A stretch of 60,268 nt of DNA, counting the filler, from Sphacelaria rigidula (Eukaryota), in NCBI GenBank assembly GCA_964200075.2. It is 8 parts of 8 records of this genome, joined end to end, with 100 filler letters (N's around TTAATTAATTAA, not from the genome) between each part and the next. Parts side by side here need not be neighbours in the genome. Positions count along the whole stretch, not along the records: positions 30,185 to 37,630 come from CAXNAA020014883.1; positions 37,731 to 45,176 come from CAXNAA020014884.1; positions 45,277 to 52,722 come from CAXNAA020014885.1; 5 more parts are not named here. The stretch is one strand, 5' to 3'. Shown here one piece after another: positions 34,842 through 47,214 of the stretch. Within the stretch, counting starts at the first letter, position 1. Each line of letters starts with the position of its first letter. A program made the translations under genes and the position numbers. Below the pieces are notes generated by a model that ran no database searches, had not been told where the DNA came from, and saw only the letters and a list, made by a program, of their open reading frames with translations.

Positions 34842-36625
34842 ACAAAGTTTGGTGGAGAAGCTCCAATATCTCATACAGTTTTTCTGGTCTCAACGTAAAA
34901 TTCACCTCAAAAGACGTTTCCATCCCAAGTTAGTAGTTGCATGTTTCAAGCGCACGTGCTCCACAAACGCGCAAACCTTCACGCTGTTATCTGGAGTTAG
35001 ATCCTGACACTTTGCACAAACATGCCATGTATCATTACGCAACTGCCTATGGACAATTTTTTTCACTCCTTGATTTTTCACAGTTTTTGGGGGGTCCAAC
35101 GGGATCGACGTCATTTTTCGAAGTAGTCTCCATTTTGGGACCCCGGAAAACCGGCACTACGATTTTCTTTCATTTTTTTTTGAACGAGCTGTCGCCACAT
35201 AACCCGAGCAAGGGCCCCACGAAATTTCGTCGCAAAAATCGATCAACTGATGCTTGAATTTTCATATTCACGTCGAAGAAGGCCCAAAAACGCCGTCTTC
35301 GTACTCAAATCAAGTAGTTGGCGGTTTTACCGCGGCAAGTCAAAGTTCATCGCACCGAAGCGAAAAACCTCACGCCGTTTCAAGGAGTTAGACCCTGATG
35401 TTCTACACAACTGTGCTATGGGTTATTACGCAACTTTGGATTAACGAGGGTGTTTTTTTGTTTTTATTATTTACCGTTTTACGGGGGTCCGATTTGATCG
35501 ATATTCCCCCAAAAACGGTGAAAAAGTCGAAAAACTTCGACCTTCGAAAGTTGCGCAATGCCCCATAGAAATCCCGTGCAAAATTTCAGGATCTAACCCT
35601 TCAAAACGACGTGAGGTTTTGCCGATGACTGTTTTTTGGGTGATCGACTCTTTCATGTAATTAGTCTGGAGTTTGTGAAAAAATGAGGGAGGACTTTACG
35701 GCTTGTAAGGAATAGCAGAGACAGCATTGGAAAAACGAGCCTACGTCTGTGACCACGGGTTCGAGATATCGGACTAACGTGCAAAAATAATAATTAATAA
35801 TGATGAAAACAGCCTGAACCAGCCTGTACACAAATCGCATTCTTCACGGAAATGTGGATACTTGGAATCTACATAAAAAACAGTCCCGGAAAACCCCGGA
35901 CCGATTTTGACTCTGCAGTTAATATCGTGCAGTCAGTCTCATGTATGTGTGCTATTTGTCTTCGCTGGATACAACGGCACGAGACACTATGAGTGCGTCA
36001 TCGCTCTCGACCGGACACAATTTACTGCATGCTGCTGATGCCCCTGCCTAGTGCTCAACGATAACACTACAGTGTGAAGCGATGCTGGCAAGACATGAGG
36101 AGTCAGAAAGACCGCATTTTGTATGATTGAGTTGCCATGACCAAAATGAAATATACCGGTAGACAACGAAGAAGTCCACCTGCAGGGGAACTATGTGCTC
36201 GTAGTGACGACCATGATTGGTCAGGATTGTCATTCCACACCTCTCGGGCCTCATTCCTGGCCTAGAATCTTCCGCGGGGAACTTCCACAGATAGATGGTT
36301 GACTTCGTGAGCTTTTCGGCTGCTCTCCAGACAGACCCCCCCCCCCGTCAAAAACTGCCCCCTGCCGGCCACTGGAAACCCTCGGATAACTCCAGACTGT
36401 CAGCCTGTAAAACTGTTCCGAGGTGACGCTCGCTGCCCAAGTGTTGACTGTTATCATTTCACTACAACTGTAAATAAATGTGTTTTCGTTCTGGTTTTGA
36501 TCCTTCAGGTCACTCCTGTCGTTTGTGTATTCGTTTGTTTTGTATTATTGCCTTTGCTCTCATATCTCCTTTACTCCAGCAAGCGTTTCTGTTTTGTCGC
36601 CATTGGTACGTCCATGTGCTGGATA

Positions 36626-36973
36626 GTGTGTGGATGTGTTGTCGTCCCATCTATTCTGGACGCCGGGCTACACCTTTCGGTATACGTGGGCGCACCAGCC
36701 GAGGTCTCATAGGAGGAAGGTTAACACATTTTTTTCTTTTCATGCCCCATCTCCCTTCTGCGGCGCTTGCCTTTCCTTTTTACCACGAGAGGGGTTCAGC
36801 AGTCCCCTTCCCTCGTGGACCGTTACGTCGAATTTGGTGTACACCCGACATGGATGCTCTCCATTGTTGGGCATGGTGTGAGAAAGAAATTCCAGATCGC
36901 TCCGAGAAATGAACCCACGACCCAACCGTCGGTAGGTTTCGAGGGTACCGACTGAGCCGCCGGGGCGACCGGC
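36626..36973 (-). mobile_element. tRNA-derived SINE family 1, copy B
   Basis: Homologous to 30565-30930 with A/B-box head. Confidence 0.85.
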
Positions 36974-37235
36974 GACCATAACTGTAACCCTCGGGAATCA
37001 TTGAATATGCGACAATCAATGAACCAACCAAGTCGAGGTGGAAGGTGTGATGAGTCCTCGGGAGACGCTTGTGGTGAACCATTCTCTTGTATGGGCATCG
37101 TCCACACGTCAGGTCTTCCTCTGTCGGAATATACGTACGCGGAGTCTTGAATCTCTTGAACGGGCACGGCATCCTGCAATCTGCAATGAATAAATAAAAC
37201 GAGAATGAACACAAGATGAGGGACAGAACGCACAC

Positions 37236-37328
37236 CTGGTAAAATATATGAAAGTTTCGCTCTCCCTTCGCCTGCGACACGACCCTCTGCTTTTCCAGCA
37301 AGTAGTTTTCGATCCGCGCTCCGCACAC
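37236..37328 (-). CDS. Myosin motor-domain exon (partial gene)
   Basis: AG|VCGARIENYLLEKQRVVSQAKGERNFHIFYQ|GT, containing the conserved myosin LLEK...ERNFHIFY motif. Confidence 0.9.
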
Positions 37329-38079
37329 CTAGGAGGAAAAACGTGAGGAAGAATAGCAAGAAGTGGGGAAAAAACAAAATTGAACCAAAAAAGACGGGTT
37401 CATGTGTGCTTCGAGTCTCGACGGGACAGATACATTCCACAGTCTACAGTCTCTTTTCGAGCCGAGTCTGGCTTCGCGGTTGAAGACGCAGGGACGTACT
37501 GCGCGTTTTACCGGATGAAAGTCGACGCGGTGCCCGGGAAGCGCTGATCCAAACCGCAGCACCAAAATATCAGACGAGTAGCGGTAGAAGTTATCGAATA
37601 CAGCTAAACAAAAAAAAAAAACACACACACNNNNNNNNNNNNNNNNNNNNNNNNNNNNNNNNNNNNNNNNNNNNTTAATTAATTAANNNNNNNNNNNNNN
37701 NNNNNNNNNNNNNNNNNNNNNNNNNNNNNNGTTTTGTGTTTCGCGTTTTTTTTTTTTTGTCGTTGTGCTGTACGTCATGATTCCGTGAATGGATGATGGC
37801 TCTGAGTGTTTATGTTTTTGTCTGTATATATATATATATATATATGTACGTATTTGCATGTACGTATGTGTGGGTGTGTGTAGATATCAAAACCTGGATA
37901 ATGGCTATGATTACATCGGCAAAACGTGTACTGCGTACACTATCGACTATCGCATGGTAAATATGCACGTGTTTTAGTTGCAGGTTTGTGGCATATACTG
38001 TCCTCATGTTTTGAATGACCGAAATTAGATACTTCACTCATGGGAAGAAGGCCGATTGGATGTGTTCCGATATTTGGTT

Positions 38080-38396
38080 TCGTGTTTTTTTTGTCGCACT
38101 TTGAACCCCTCCCCTTCCTCGGGACGAGTCCGTGATCTCAAGGGATCAACCCATCTCTCCCCGGTACACGCCTTGCATTTTGGTCTCGCGGATTGGGTCA
38201 TGACTATCACCACTCCCGCGCCGCGTCAACTCACGTCCAACAAACTCAGTCAACTGCTCTTGTTTACTCATGTTCTCACGCTTTCCACGGTGGAAACCAG
38301 AGACTAGGAAGAAAAAACCCAAACCATAGGGAATCGAACTTTCGTCCTCTCCACCCTAATGGCGACAATGGGACCATTACACCACCGGGGCGCGGC
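38080..38396 (-). mobile_element. tRNA-derived SINE family 2
   Basis: Head GCCGCGCCCCGGTGGTGTAATGG (A box)...GTTCGATTCCC (B box); A-rich tail; second copy at 29938. Confidence 0.8.
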
Positions 38397-38805
38397 GTGT
38401 ATCAATCAAATACTCGTATACCGCCGGGGCGGGGTGGCATGGAAATAGCAAACGGGACCGTCTCAGCGTGCTTGAGATCATGGCATGTTTACGCCGTCCT
38501 ACTGGTGATGTCCGATGTTCTGTCGCTCGTACCTATGGCGAAAGAGAGACTTCAGACTGAGGGGATTCCAAAGTACATCCGTACAGGCTAGTAGCGGTGA
38601 TGTTTGCCATCTGTCACCGCCGAAGCACAGTGGCTGCGGGGCCCCCGAATTAAATCGCTCCCTTCGCCATTTGTCTTGTCGTCTGAAGCGAGCTGACGGA
38701 ACCATAAGCCATTTTTCTTCAACGTATCTCGTCTCGTACAATCTCACAAACTTCCTTCCGCCCCGAGGTCAAAGGTCCTATTACTGCGGTATGCAGAACC
38801 ATGAG

Positions 38806-39322
38806 TACCCCGCCCCTCCACCCCCCCTTTTGAGGGTGGCGTCGATTGGCAACGGTGCTGTAAAACACGCCACTCACTGCATAAGCCCGGCAACCAGGTT
38901 ATCATATTTTTTTTTGCTTGCGTTTTATTTTTGGTAGCCATAATGGTGGTCGAGCTAGATCATATTGTGCTGGGTGAGAGAACCTCAATTCCGCGCACAG
39001 GGGATGATCGTACCACGCAGTGTGTAAATGGTGAGACACCCATGAGGCAGAGTAGAACTCGTGGCTTGTCTGTCGAAGTAGCGATATCAGAAAATAGAGC
39101 GACTCATTGTTGGCTGTCATCCAAATGCAAGGTAATCAGTATGCTTCGGGCCGAACAGTCTTAGCAGGATGCAGGTATGCGACTCGCCGAATATGTGACG
39201 GCGCTTCGCGCCTGGTGATTGATTGCGAGCCTTGTTTGGCGACAACCTGGCGCGCTCCGTCCCGGCTTTGTAGGGATGCGAGGTCAATGGTCTCACGACT
39301 ACGGCATGCAAGATCATTAGTA
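38806..39322 (+). mobile_element. ~510-bp intronic repeat (MITE-like), copy 2
   Basis: Homolog of 24810-25319. Confidence 0.8.
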
Positions 39323-39361
39323 CCCCCCCCCCCCATCCTCCCCCTTCCCCGAACTGAACAG

Positions 39362-40842
39362 CACAACGCCACATTCCGCGCGGACAAGACGTTTACTCTC
39401 ATCCAGCGGCTGGCGCACAACGTCATCAAGACGGGGCTTCGCAAGATCAACGCGTCATACTCCAGGGTATCCCTCCAAGATCTATGCGAGAAGGTATGCG
39501 CTTATATTCATGTGCAGGATGTGTGTGTAGATGGGGGGAGCGTCTCAGATATCTCGTGTCTGCAGAACGGTACATCGGCTTGTTTTTCTTCCCCGCCCCC
39601 TTTTTTTTCCTTTTGTGAAACTTTTCACTGGTGTGCAGGTCTTCAACTTACCGAAGTATTCAGTGTATCGTTGTCCGTGTCGTTGATATGTTTGCCTGAA
39701 CTGCGACTGACATGAGGACGGTTGCTGTGGGCATCTTTGGCGTCAAAGCAAATGTTTTTTGTTGGAAGGTTCTTGGTCCATCATAGGATATGTGTGCAAC
39801 TCTTCTGTAGCAGACTCGACCCCCCGGGAATAGGTTTTCAGAACTTGAAACTCCTGTGAACACTCGGAGGTGAGATGTTTCCAAGAGAGGAATGACCCGC
39901 AAGATGTACCTTGCTCGGCGTACAGTAAAATAAGCACGGTAGATAGCAGGTATGACGCCAAGAACAGCCGAAAACTCGTGACCTGACGGCGTGATTGAGG
40001 GAGTAAGTATCCAACCGAAGCGTGATGAAAATACTCTCCTTATTTTTTTGTTCAAACGATACGTTTTTTTTCTTTTTGCTGAGGCTTCATCTCGAATGAG
40101 AAACGGCATTTTTTTTTCACGTGTAGACGTTTGACGCGGGTGTGTAGCTCGCAAACAACTGGACTGCGTTTTATATTTGTACTGTTTTTTATCTTGTTTT
40201 CTCTCATTATTGTCGACTGTCTTCTTGTGTTCCGCCCCTCTCTTCATCTAGACGAGTGCGTAGTCTCCAGGGATTATATGTACATGGAAGATATGTATAT
40301 ATATATGTATCAACCTTTCCCTTCCCCCGGTACAGTCATTACCTTCCTGGCATTTTGTGATCGAGCATTGAAAAACCCGCACTTACGCAGCCCATCCACT
40401 TCATCCATCGTGTCTATTTATTTGTGACTATTCTTGGCCCAAGTAAGCTCTCGTTCATTCTCATGCTTTTGATTGGAAAAGAAAAGAACAAAAACAGAAA
40501 AAACTGAAAGCTCTGTACGCTGTCTGAGAATATTTCTATCTAGCAAGAGTAACCCGAAGCAACATTTGCCTTGTACTTGCTTGGCCAACGGTACGTAGCG
40601 GCAATTTTTTCAAATGTGAATATGGAGGACCCCTCCGCCCCCGTCTCCGTCCCCGTCCCCTCCTCCTCTGCGCGCAAAAAATAAAACAAAAACAGGTGCA
40701 ACTGGAGTCTGTCCAGAGTGCGGAGTTTGTTTGTGCCAAAGCCATCCGGGACGGTGTGATCGATGCGGTCATCGATCACGATGCGGGGTGCCTTCGCAGC
40801 CAAGACGTGGTGGACGTGTATGCTACGGATGAGCCGCAACAG
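39362..40842 (+). CDS. RPN3: 26S proteasome regulatory subunit RPN3/PSMD3, two internal exons (39362-39493, 40696-40842)
   Basis: FRADKTFTLIQRLAHNVIKTGLRKINASYSRVSLQDLCEK|VQLESVQSAEFVCAKAIRDGVIDAVIDH...VDVYATDEPQQ, matching the PCI domain of RPN3. Phase-0 GT-AG boundaries. Confidence 0.92.
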
Positions 40843-42392
40843 GTACGTACAGACCATCACTGACTGTGCCTTAGGCTTACACAGCATCACGGAATGATCA
40901 CGGCTGATCAGTTAGGGGGTCCCCCGAAAAACACATCACTCGGGGGTGAGAGGGGGGGGGGGGGGGGGTATCACCACAGTGGGGTCCTTTATAGTGCGGG
41001 GTCCCGTTGATGGTGCGGTCAAGATGATTTGTTACAAATTCGATACGCTGTACTAATATCAAGTACTTACATTACATTGGTGTAGTGCACGCGCTCTATC
41101 TCGTATAAGGAGCAACGGTGACGGTACTGGAAAGGCGAGCGTGCGTCTGTGAACGCGGGTTTCGAGAGATCGGGCTGATGTGCGGACATGAATAATGACG
41201 ATAATTACTAGGGTCTCAAGCATAGTACGGTCATACCGGGTTGGCAACCCACTCCACTAGGCTGAGAACTATCCTTTCTTATTTTCGTCACACTTTCACT
41301 CTCCTCCCACAGATGGGGGCAAAAGAGTGTGAATTGTGTCGTCTTCGCGCAAAGCATGATTTTGGCCGGGCGTTCAAAATCGGAACCCGGCAAAATTGAG
41401 GACCCGCTCAAAATCAGGCGAATAACTACAACATTGGATACGTCATGCTATACTGAACTCTAGCACAAACGCACCCTATCTCATGTGATGCAGCTGTCAC
41501 TGTACTGCGGTGTGCGTAGACCTTGCGAAGACGGTTTGGTCTCCGCTGGGATTACCTGAGCTACTACTGTACTGCTGTTGTGTTTGCCTCTGTACAAAAT
41601 AGTTTTAGTCGAAACTTGGTGCTGTCTACACTCTGACTGTTGAAAACACCATGGTGTGTTGACCGTTCCCTTCTTCCGTACCCGTATCACGGACAAGTCG
41701 GTGCCCACACCCATCATTTATATGCTGTTGTTGTCGCTGTACTGTGGTGCGTTCGAATCCTATGGACACGGTTTGACTCGCGCTGGAGAGTGCTTGAACT
41801 GCTGTACTGCGGCTGTTTTGATCCGTACAGAATTGGGGTGGGATCAAAGTGCTGTCTATACAAGGTTAAAAAAATTACGTGATGGCTATGTAACCGTTCA
41901 GGTGTCTTCTTTGGCGTTAACCACAGAAATCCTATACTATGAAGAAAACAAACAAACCGCTGAACTGGAAATACCGATAATAAAGGAAAGACAACGCCGG
42001 AAATTTACCGCTTGGGGACGTTATTCTCGGAGGAGGGGGTGTTTTGAAATGTCCGTGCTCAAAATATAGCGACAGAGGGGTGCCAAAAGTAGCCAAAAAC
42101 CTATTGCCGAGTGATGGCGTTGTCTTGAGGGAGTGTTAAATAAACGCCCGACAACTCAGGGTGGTAATGCCGACGCCGACATTGACACCAGAAACAGCCG
42201 AAGTATTATCACCGGAGGATGATATTTGGGGAGTGTTATTCGGCGTCCCCCACTACCGTTTTGTAAAAAACATTAGTACGAGAAAGAAAATGGGGGAAAA
42301 TGTATTGCTCGGGAGCGATCTTCAAGGTACCGGTGGTATACTAAAAGGCAGTGTTTTTCATGATGTGTACCCAATGGTGGTGTATGCTGGGC

Positions 42393-42494
42393 TGTTCTTT
42401 CCAAGGTTGTCTTCCGTAGGGAATAGTCGGAAGGGGGAGATTTTGTTCTTTCCAAGGTTGTCTTCTGTAGGGAATAGTCGGAAGGGGGAGATTT
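42393..42494 (+). repeat. 51-bp tandem duplication
   Basis: tgttctttccaaggttgtcttc(c/t)gtagggaatagtcggaagggggagattt occurs twice. Confidence 0.85.
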
Positions 42495-43478
42495 TCGGTT
42501 GGCATGCAAAACCACACACCGAAAATGTATATCGAACATCCCGGTATGGTTCGACGGGGTGTCAAGCCGTGTCCCGAGCACTCCGGTATGGTCGGGAAGC
42601 GTAGTTGCCGATGAAAAAAACATTTCATACTTCTGTGAAGAGCTGAATGTGAGGAGGTATGCCCTACATAACACTTCCTTCAATCGCCGCAGGACATTTT
42701 CCGAGAATTTTGAACTCTGCTACAGAGGGTGTCCACTTGTTTTTTGGCTGTCCCTATTTTGGTGGAACCCGTCCGAGATTTGAACCCGGAACCTTCTGTT
42801 CGTGAAGCGTACGAGCTATCTCACTGGTGTCACCAATGTGAAATGGCGATTCCTTGACAGACACTCGTGGAAATTTGTCTCTTCTATGTGCTGGTTCCCA
42901 CATCAGTGCACAAATATTTATCACATGCCCGACGGCCGAAGGTTCCAGCAAGCCGCGTTCACGGATTAGGTGGTCCGAAATAGAGGTTTTATATTTTTGT
43001 CCCTTTGTTGTCCGTTTTCACTCTATCAAGCGTGCTTACCTCGCCATTACTTGTGCAACACCTGGCCTCGCTGCTTGAATCACCAACTACGCCTCGGAAA
43101 CCGGAGATCTTATTTAAGCCAAAGCTTTCTCGTGCAGTATCTTTTTTTTTTCTTGTCTTCTTTCCTTGTACAAAGACCATGTCAAATTGTTCCTCCTCCT
43201 TTTTTTTTTTTAGTGAAATATTTTATTTTCATTGGTTGATTGGTTGACTAATTGTCGCATATCAATCAGAGAGTGGACGCTATATGCAACGAGGCGTTTT
43301 TGTTTGTTTGCGGTATATATTTGTCACACTTTACCTGACGTCCGAGGAATCCAGCTCCATGGTCATTATCCACAATATAGACGTGCCCCCAAGGCAAAAT
43401 CAAAACGGAATCACTCGCTGAAGGAAGCTTGAGATAGGAGAAATGAAAAATCTCGATGTATATTCTCGTACGTGCATA

Positions 43479-43837
43479 GCCGATCGCCCCGGTGGCTCAG
43501 CTGGTAACCTTGAAACCCTCTGACGGTTGGGTCGTGGATTCGAATCCTGGGGCGATCTGGGATTTTTTTCTCACAAAACGCCCAACAGCGGAGAGTGACA
43601 ATGTTGTGGGTACGCACAATTCGACTTCACGGTCGACGAGGAGGGAAAGGGACTGCTAAACCCCTCTCGCGATGAAACATAGGGCAAGCACCGCAGACGG
43701 AATGTGGCGTACCGAAACAGAAGGAGAACCGAAAATTTCCTGTCTTGGCCTTCCTCCTGTGTGACTCCGGCTGGTGCGCCCACATATACCATGAGGTGTA
43801 GGCTGGCGTCCAGGGTAGATGGGACGACAATACACAC
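43479..43837 (+). mobile_element. tRNA-derived SINE family 1, copy C
   Basis: A box TGGCTCAGCTGG, B box GATTCGAATCC, tail AGATGGGACGACAATACACAC. Confidence 0.88.
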
Positions 43838-44247
43838 TACTTGGCTAGGGTTGTAGGATGTTTCCGGGGGTGCATCTTCCCGAAGGATATCCAAAGCGAG
43901 GCGTATTTCCTCTCGACACTTGGACAAGAATCGACCGTGACTTGGGTGTTCGGCAGTCGGAGTTTAATCTGTGAAGGGCACGAAGCAGAAGTGACTCACC
44001 CGGGGTCGACCGTCGCTCTGGTTATGTTGGATCTCCTGCGGTCGACATCTGTTACCGAAGGTCCCGGAAATTTGGCTCTATGATGTGAGAGTTTCGGACC
44101 TCTCAGACGAGCTGCTGATGGGCCTGCTTCTGTAGCTGGCCCATCTCCGTTTTACATGTCGTACAAGGTACGCACTTCGCACACACAACGAGAAAGGCTT
44201 CCACAACAACATACAGGCTGGGCCGCCTAAGACGCGGACAGGGATGT

Positions 44248-44885
44248 GAACACGCGATTTAACAGCTGAGTTTCAGGTCGTTTTCTATGAAATTTTGACA
44301 CGATCTTCAGGATGTATGTACCAAGACGCCACCTTTTCCCCCATGAGTTTTTTCTTTTCTTTTTAAAAGTTATTCACGATTTTGTTCCGAAAAATATGTT
44401 CTGAAATTTTTGGTTGCCGATGACTAATGGGGAAAAATAAAATAAAATAGGGGGGAAAAGGTGGCGTCGTGGTACATACATCCTGTACATCGTGTCAAAA
44501 TTTCAGTGGAAACGACCTGAAACTCAGCTGTTGAATCGCGTGTTCGTGTCCAAGACTGGTTCCTATGTGGAGATGGACCAGCCACGAAAAAATGAAACGC
44601 GGTTATGCTGTTGAATGTTAAGTTTTTCTTCACGGAATTTCGATACGATGCGCATGAGGTATGTTTTGAACTCCCAATTGTTCCCCCTTGACATTTTTTT
44701 TTCTTTCTAACTAGTTGTCGACGCTTTTTCACCAGAAAAACTGTTTCGAAATTTTGATCACCAATAACATACGAGGAAAAAAAAAAAGACGGGGCAAATA
44801 GAAGGGGCTTCACATATACCCCATGTATACCGTGTCAAAATTTCATGAAAAACAACCTCAAACTGAGCAGTGAAATCGCGTTTTT
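44248..44885. repeat. ~95-bp modules in inverted and direct arrangement (foldback-like element)
   Basis: 44248-44343 is the reverse complement of 44450-44546; a third degenerate copy lies at ~44810-44885. Confidence 0.75.
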
Positions 44886-46037
44886 TTGCCGAGAACCGGT
44901 TCACTTGCTTTTAGAGTTCAATAAGTAACCTCAGCCGGAACTGTGACGTTTTCTACAAGCGCGACGCCTTGGCGCGCTGGAGGTCTCGTCTGCGTGCCAT
45001 CTCAGACACTGCGCACCTACAGTACGACATGCCTTGTTGTACAACAACAACTAGTGCAGCACCATCACATTGCGGCCGCAGCACAACTGACTGTCACCGT
45101 TTTCCCCCCGTAATTCCGCCGCACATGCCATCTTCAACTCTCTACACTTCGCAGCTGACTGCAGTTTGGTATTTCGNNNNNNNNNNNNNNNNNNNNNNNN
45201 NNNNNNNNNNNNNNNNNNNNTTAATTAATTAANNNNNNNNNNNNNNNNNNNNNNNNNNNNNNNNNNNNNNNNNNNNTTGAAAGACGTCGATCCTGAGGTG
45301 TTTTTAACCACGGCGCGGTCCTCTAAGCACGCGGTCCTCTCACGCATTACACATGCAACGACAACAGTTGTCAGCTGGATTGATTGATCATCGCATACTA
45401 GCTGATCCCCCAGGTAGTCATTATCCAGCCGTGGTCACTATCCACAAGACAGACGTATCCGAGATCAACGAAACGGAAACAACACACGCCGAAGAGAAGT
45501 GAAGAGACGGCAAGGTGGAACAGAGGAGCGTAGACTGAATCAAGACCTAAGGATCACTGGCCTCTGAAACGGCCTTGCGCGAAGGCACATGCACATATAC
45601 TCGAACGAAAATAAGAGCAAAAAGCCGTGGGAACAGATTGCGGCTCATATCTTCCGGCTATACTACTTTGGGTATAAGCTCTCACCCATGAACCCTTCGG
45701 ACGCAAAGCACTAAACTGCGACTTGCATACACTGGGAGGAAGGAATCACAGCTATGGAATGATGAAAAGAGAGAAAATGATCACGTGCGATATTTTGGTT
45801 TGTTTTTTCCGATGTTCCCTGGGTACGTCTGTCATGGTACTTACCTTTAGTTTCGGTCTTGTAGGGAGAGTGGAGCCTTCCCAGCCGTCGTCGACCGCGA
45901 GCTTCCCTCCGCCGAATCTGGTTCTTACCCACACGTGTCCTATTTCTATCAACGTGGCTTCGGTGACAATAGCTCTAGTGCCCCAACTTCGGGTAAAACT
46001 CTGCAGCTGCAGGGTTGAGTTTTGGTCCCACTACAGT

Positions 46038-46675
46038 GCCTGTCGCCCCGGTGGCTCGGTTGGTAACCTCGATACCTTCTGATGGTGGGATCGTGGGTTC
46101 GCATCGCGGTGCAGTCACACGATCTGAGATTTTTTCTCACAGAACGCCCAACAGTGGAGAGCGGCAACGTCGTGGGTACACAAAATTCGACTTAATGGTC
46201 AACGAGGGAAAGGGAGAGCTGAGCCCCTCTCGCGATAAAAATAAGGCAAGCACCACAGAAGGAAGGTGGAGAACCAAAACAAAGAAGAAATAATACTCCT
46301 GTGTTAGTTATCCTCCTGTGCAAGGGTCGAACGAAGCAATGATTCATCAGAAATTACTTGATTTTAGTGTGATTGATTCGTACCGTACGAGTCAATCCCT
46401 ATAGGCTTTGTTTTCAGCGTTGCAACCCAGGCACGCGCAGCCCAGGCACGTGGAATGGCGCAAAAAATGCGTGAGACCTCTTTGACCAGCGGTCAACTTG
46501 TTTATCTCTTTCGAGCAACCAGGCCTGAAACATGGTGGATTTGGTGATTCGAACCGGCGATGATTTGTCTGCACCGTGCTCCTATGTGACCCTAGCTGGT
46601 GCGCGCGAGTATACCGAAAGGTGTGAACTGGCGTCCAGAATAGATGGGATGACAACACACACACATACACACACA
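46038..46675 (+). mobile_element. tRNA-derived SINE family 1, copy D, interrupted by a 258-bp insertion (46321-46578)
   Basis: SINE homology breaks at 46320 and resumes at 46579; flanks CTCCTGTG / CTCCTATG. Confidence 0.8.
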
Positions 46676-47214
46676 GGGTACAATTCAGCAGCTACAGGGT
46701 TCAGTCTGTACTTGCAACGCTGTCGGCATGGCCCACAAGCTAGTCTGTGTATTGATCACCGCTGACACAAACGCAGACTAGTCTGTAGGTGATGCCACTC
46801 TCTCCCACACGTTCCTGCACCGTCTGGTTGCTTCTGGATCTTTTCTCGACCCGTCACGACCATCCCCGGTCCGACAGCGGACGGGGGTAGACATATTATT
46901 ACTGTGTGTGTATATATATATGTAACATTTGCCGTAACTTCAGTCGTACTGCCATTTACCTTCGACCTTGTCCTGATAAGCCCTTGTTTCTACTTGTCCC
47001 TACGTCTTGTGAAAAACCAACATCGTGCCGCTAACCGTGCCCGGGACCGAACTTACGACTAGCGAGCTCCATCAAGAGGATATCTACCATGCTCTCATAC
47101 TGCTTTGACTCGAGTGGTATCTATCCTTGTTGATACAAATATTCCACTGATTCTTGGAACCGCTTGCTGTTCGTGTCACTGTTTGAAAACATATGAATCA
47201 TCAGTACACTGAGC

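Larger units (their letters stand above)
33190..35650. mobile_element. Second copy of the 13548-14300 repeat family, interrupted by a TIR element
   Basis: Homology stops at 33497 and resumes at 34842; the uninterrupted junction is seen at ~13830-13855. Confidence 0.7.

Noticed and set aside
43479-43560. tRNA gene
   Set aside because: A/B boxes are present, but there is no proper cloverleaf and it continues into a repeated SINE body.
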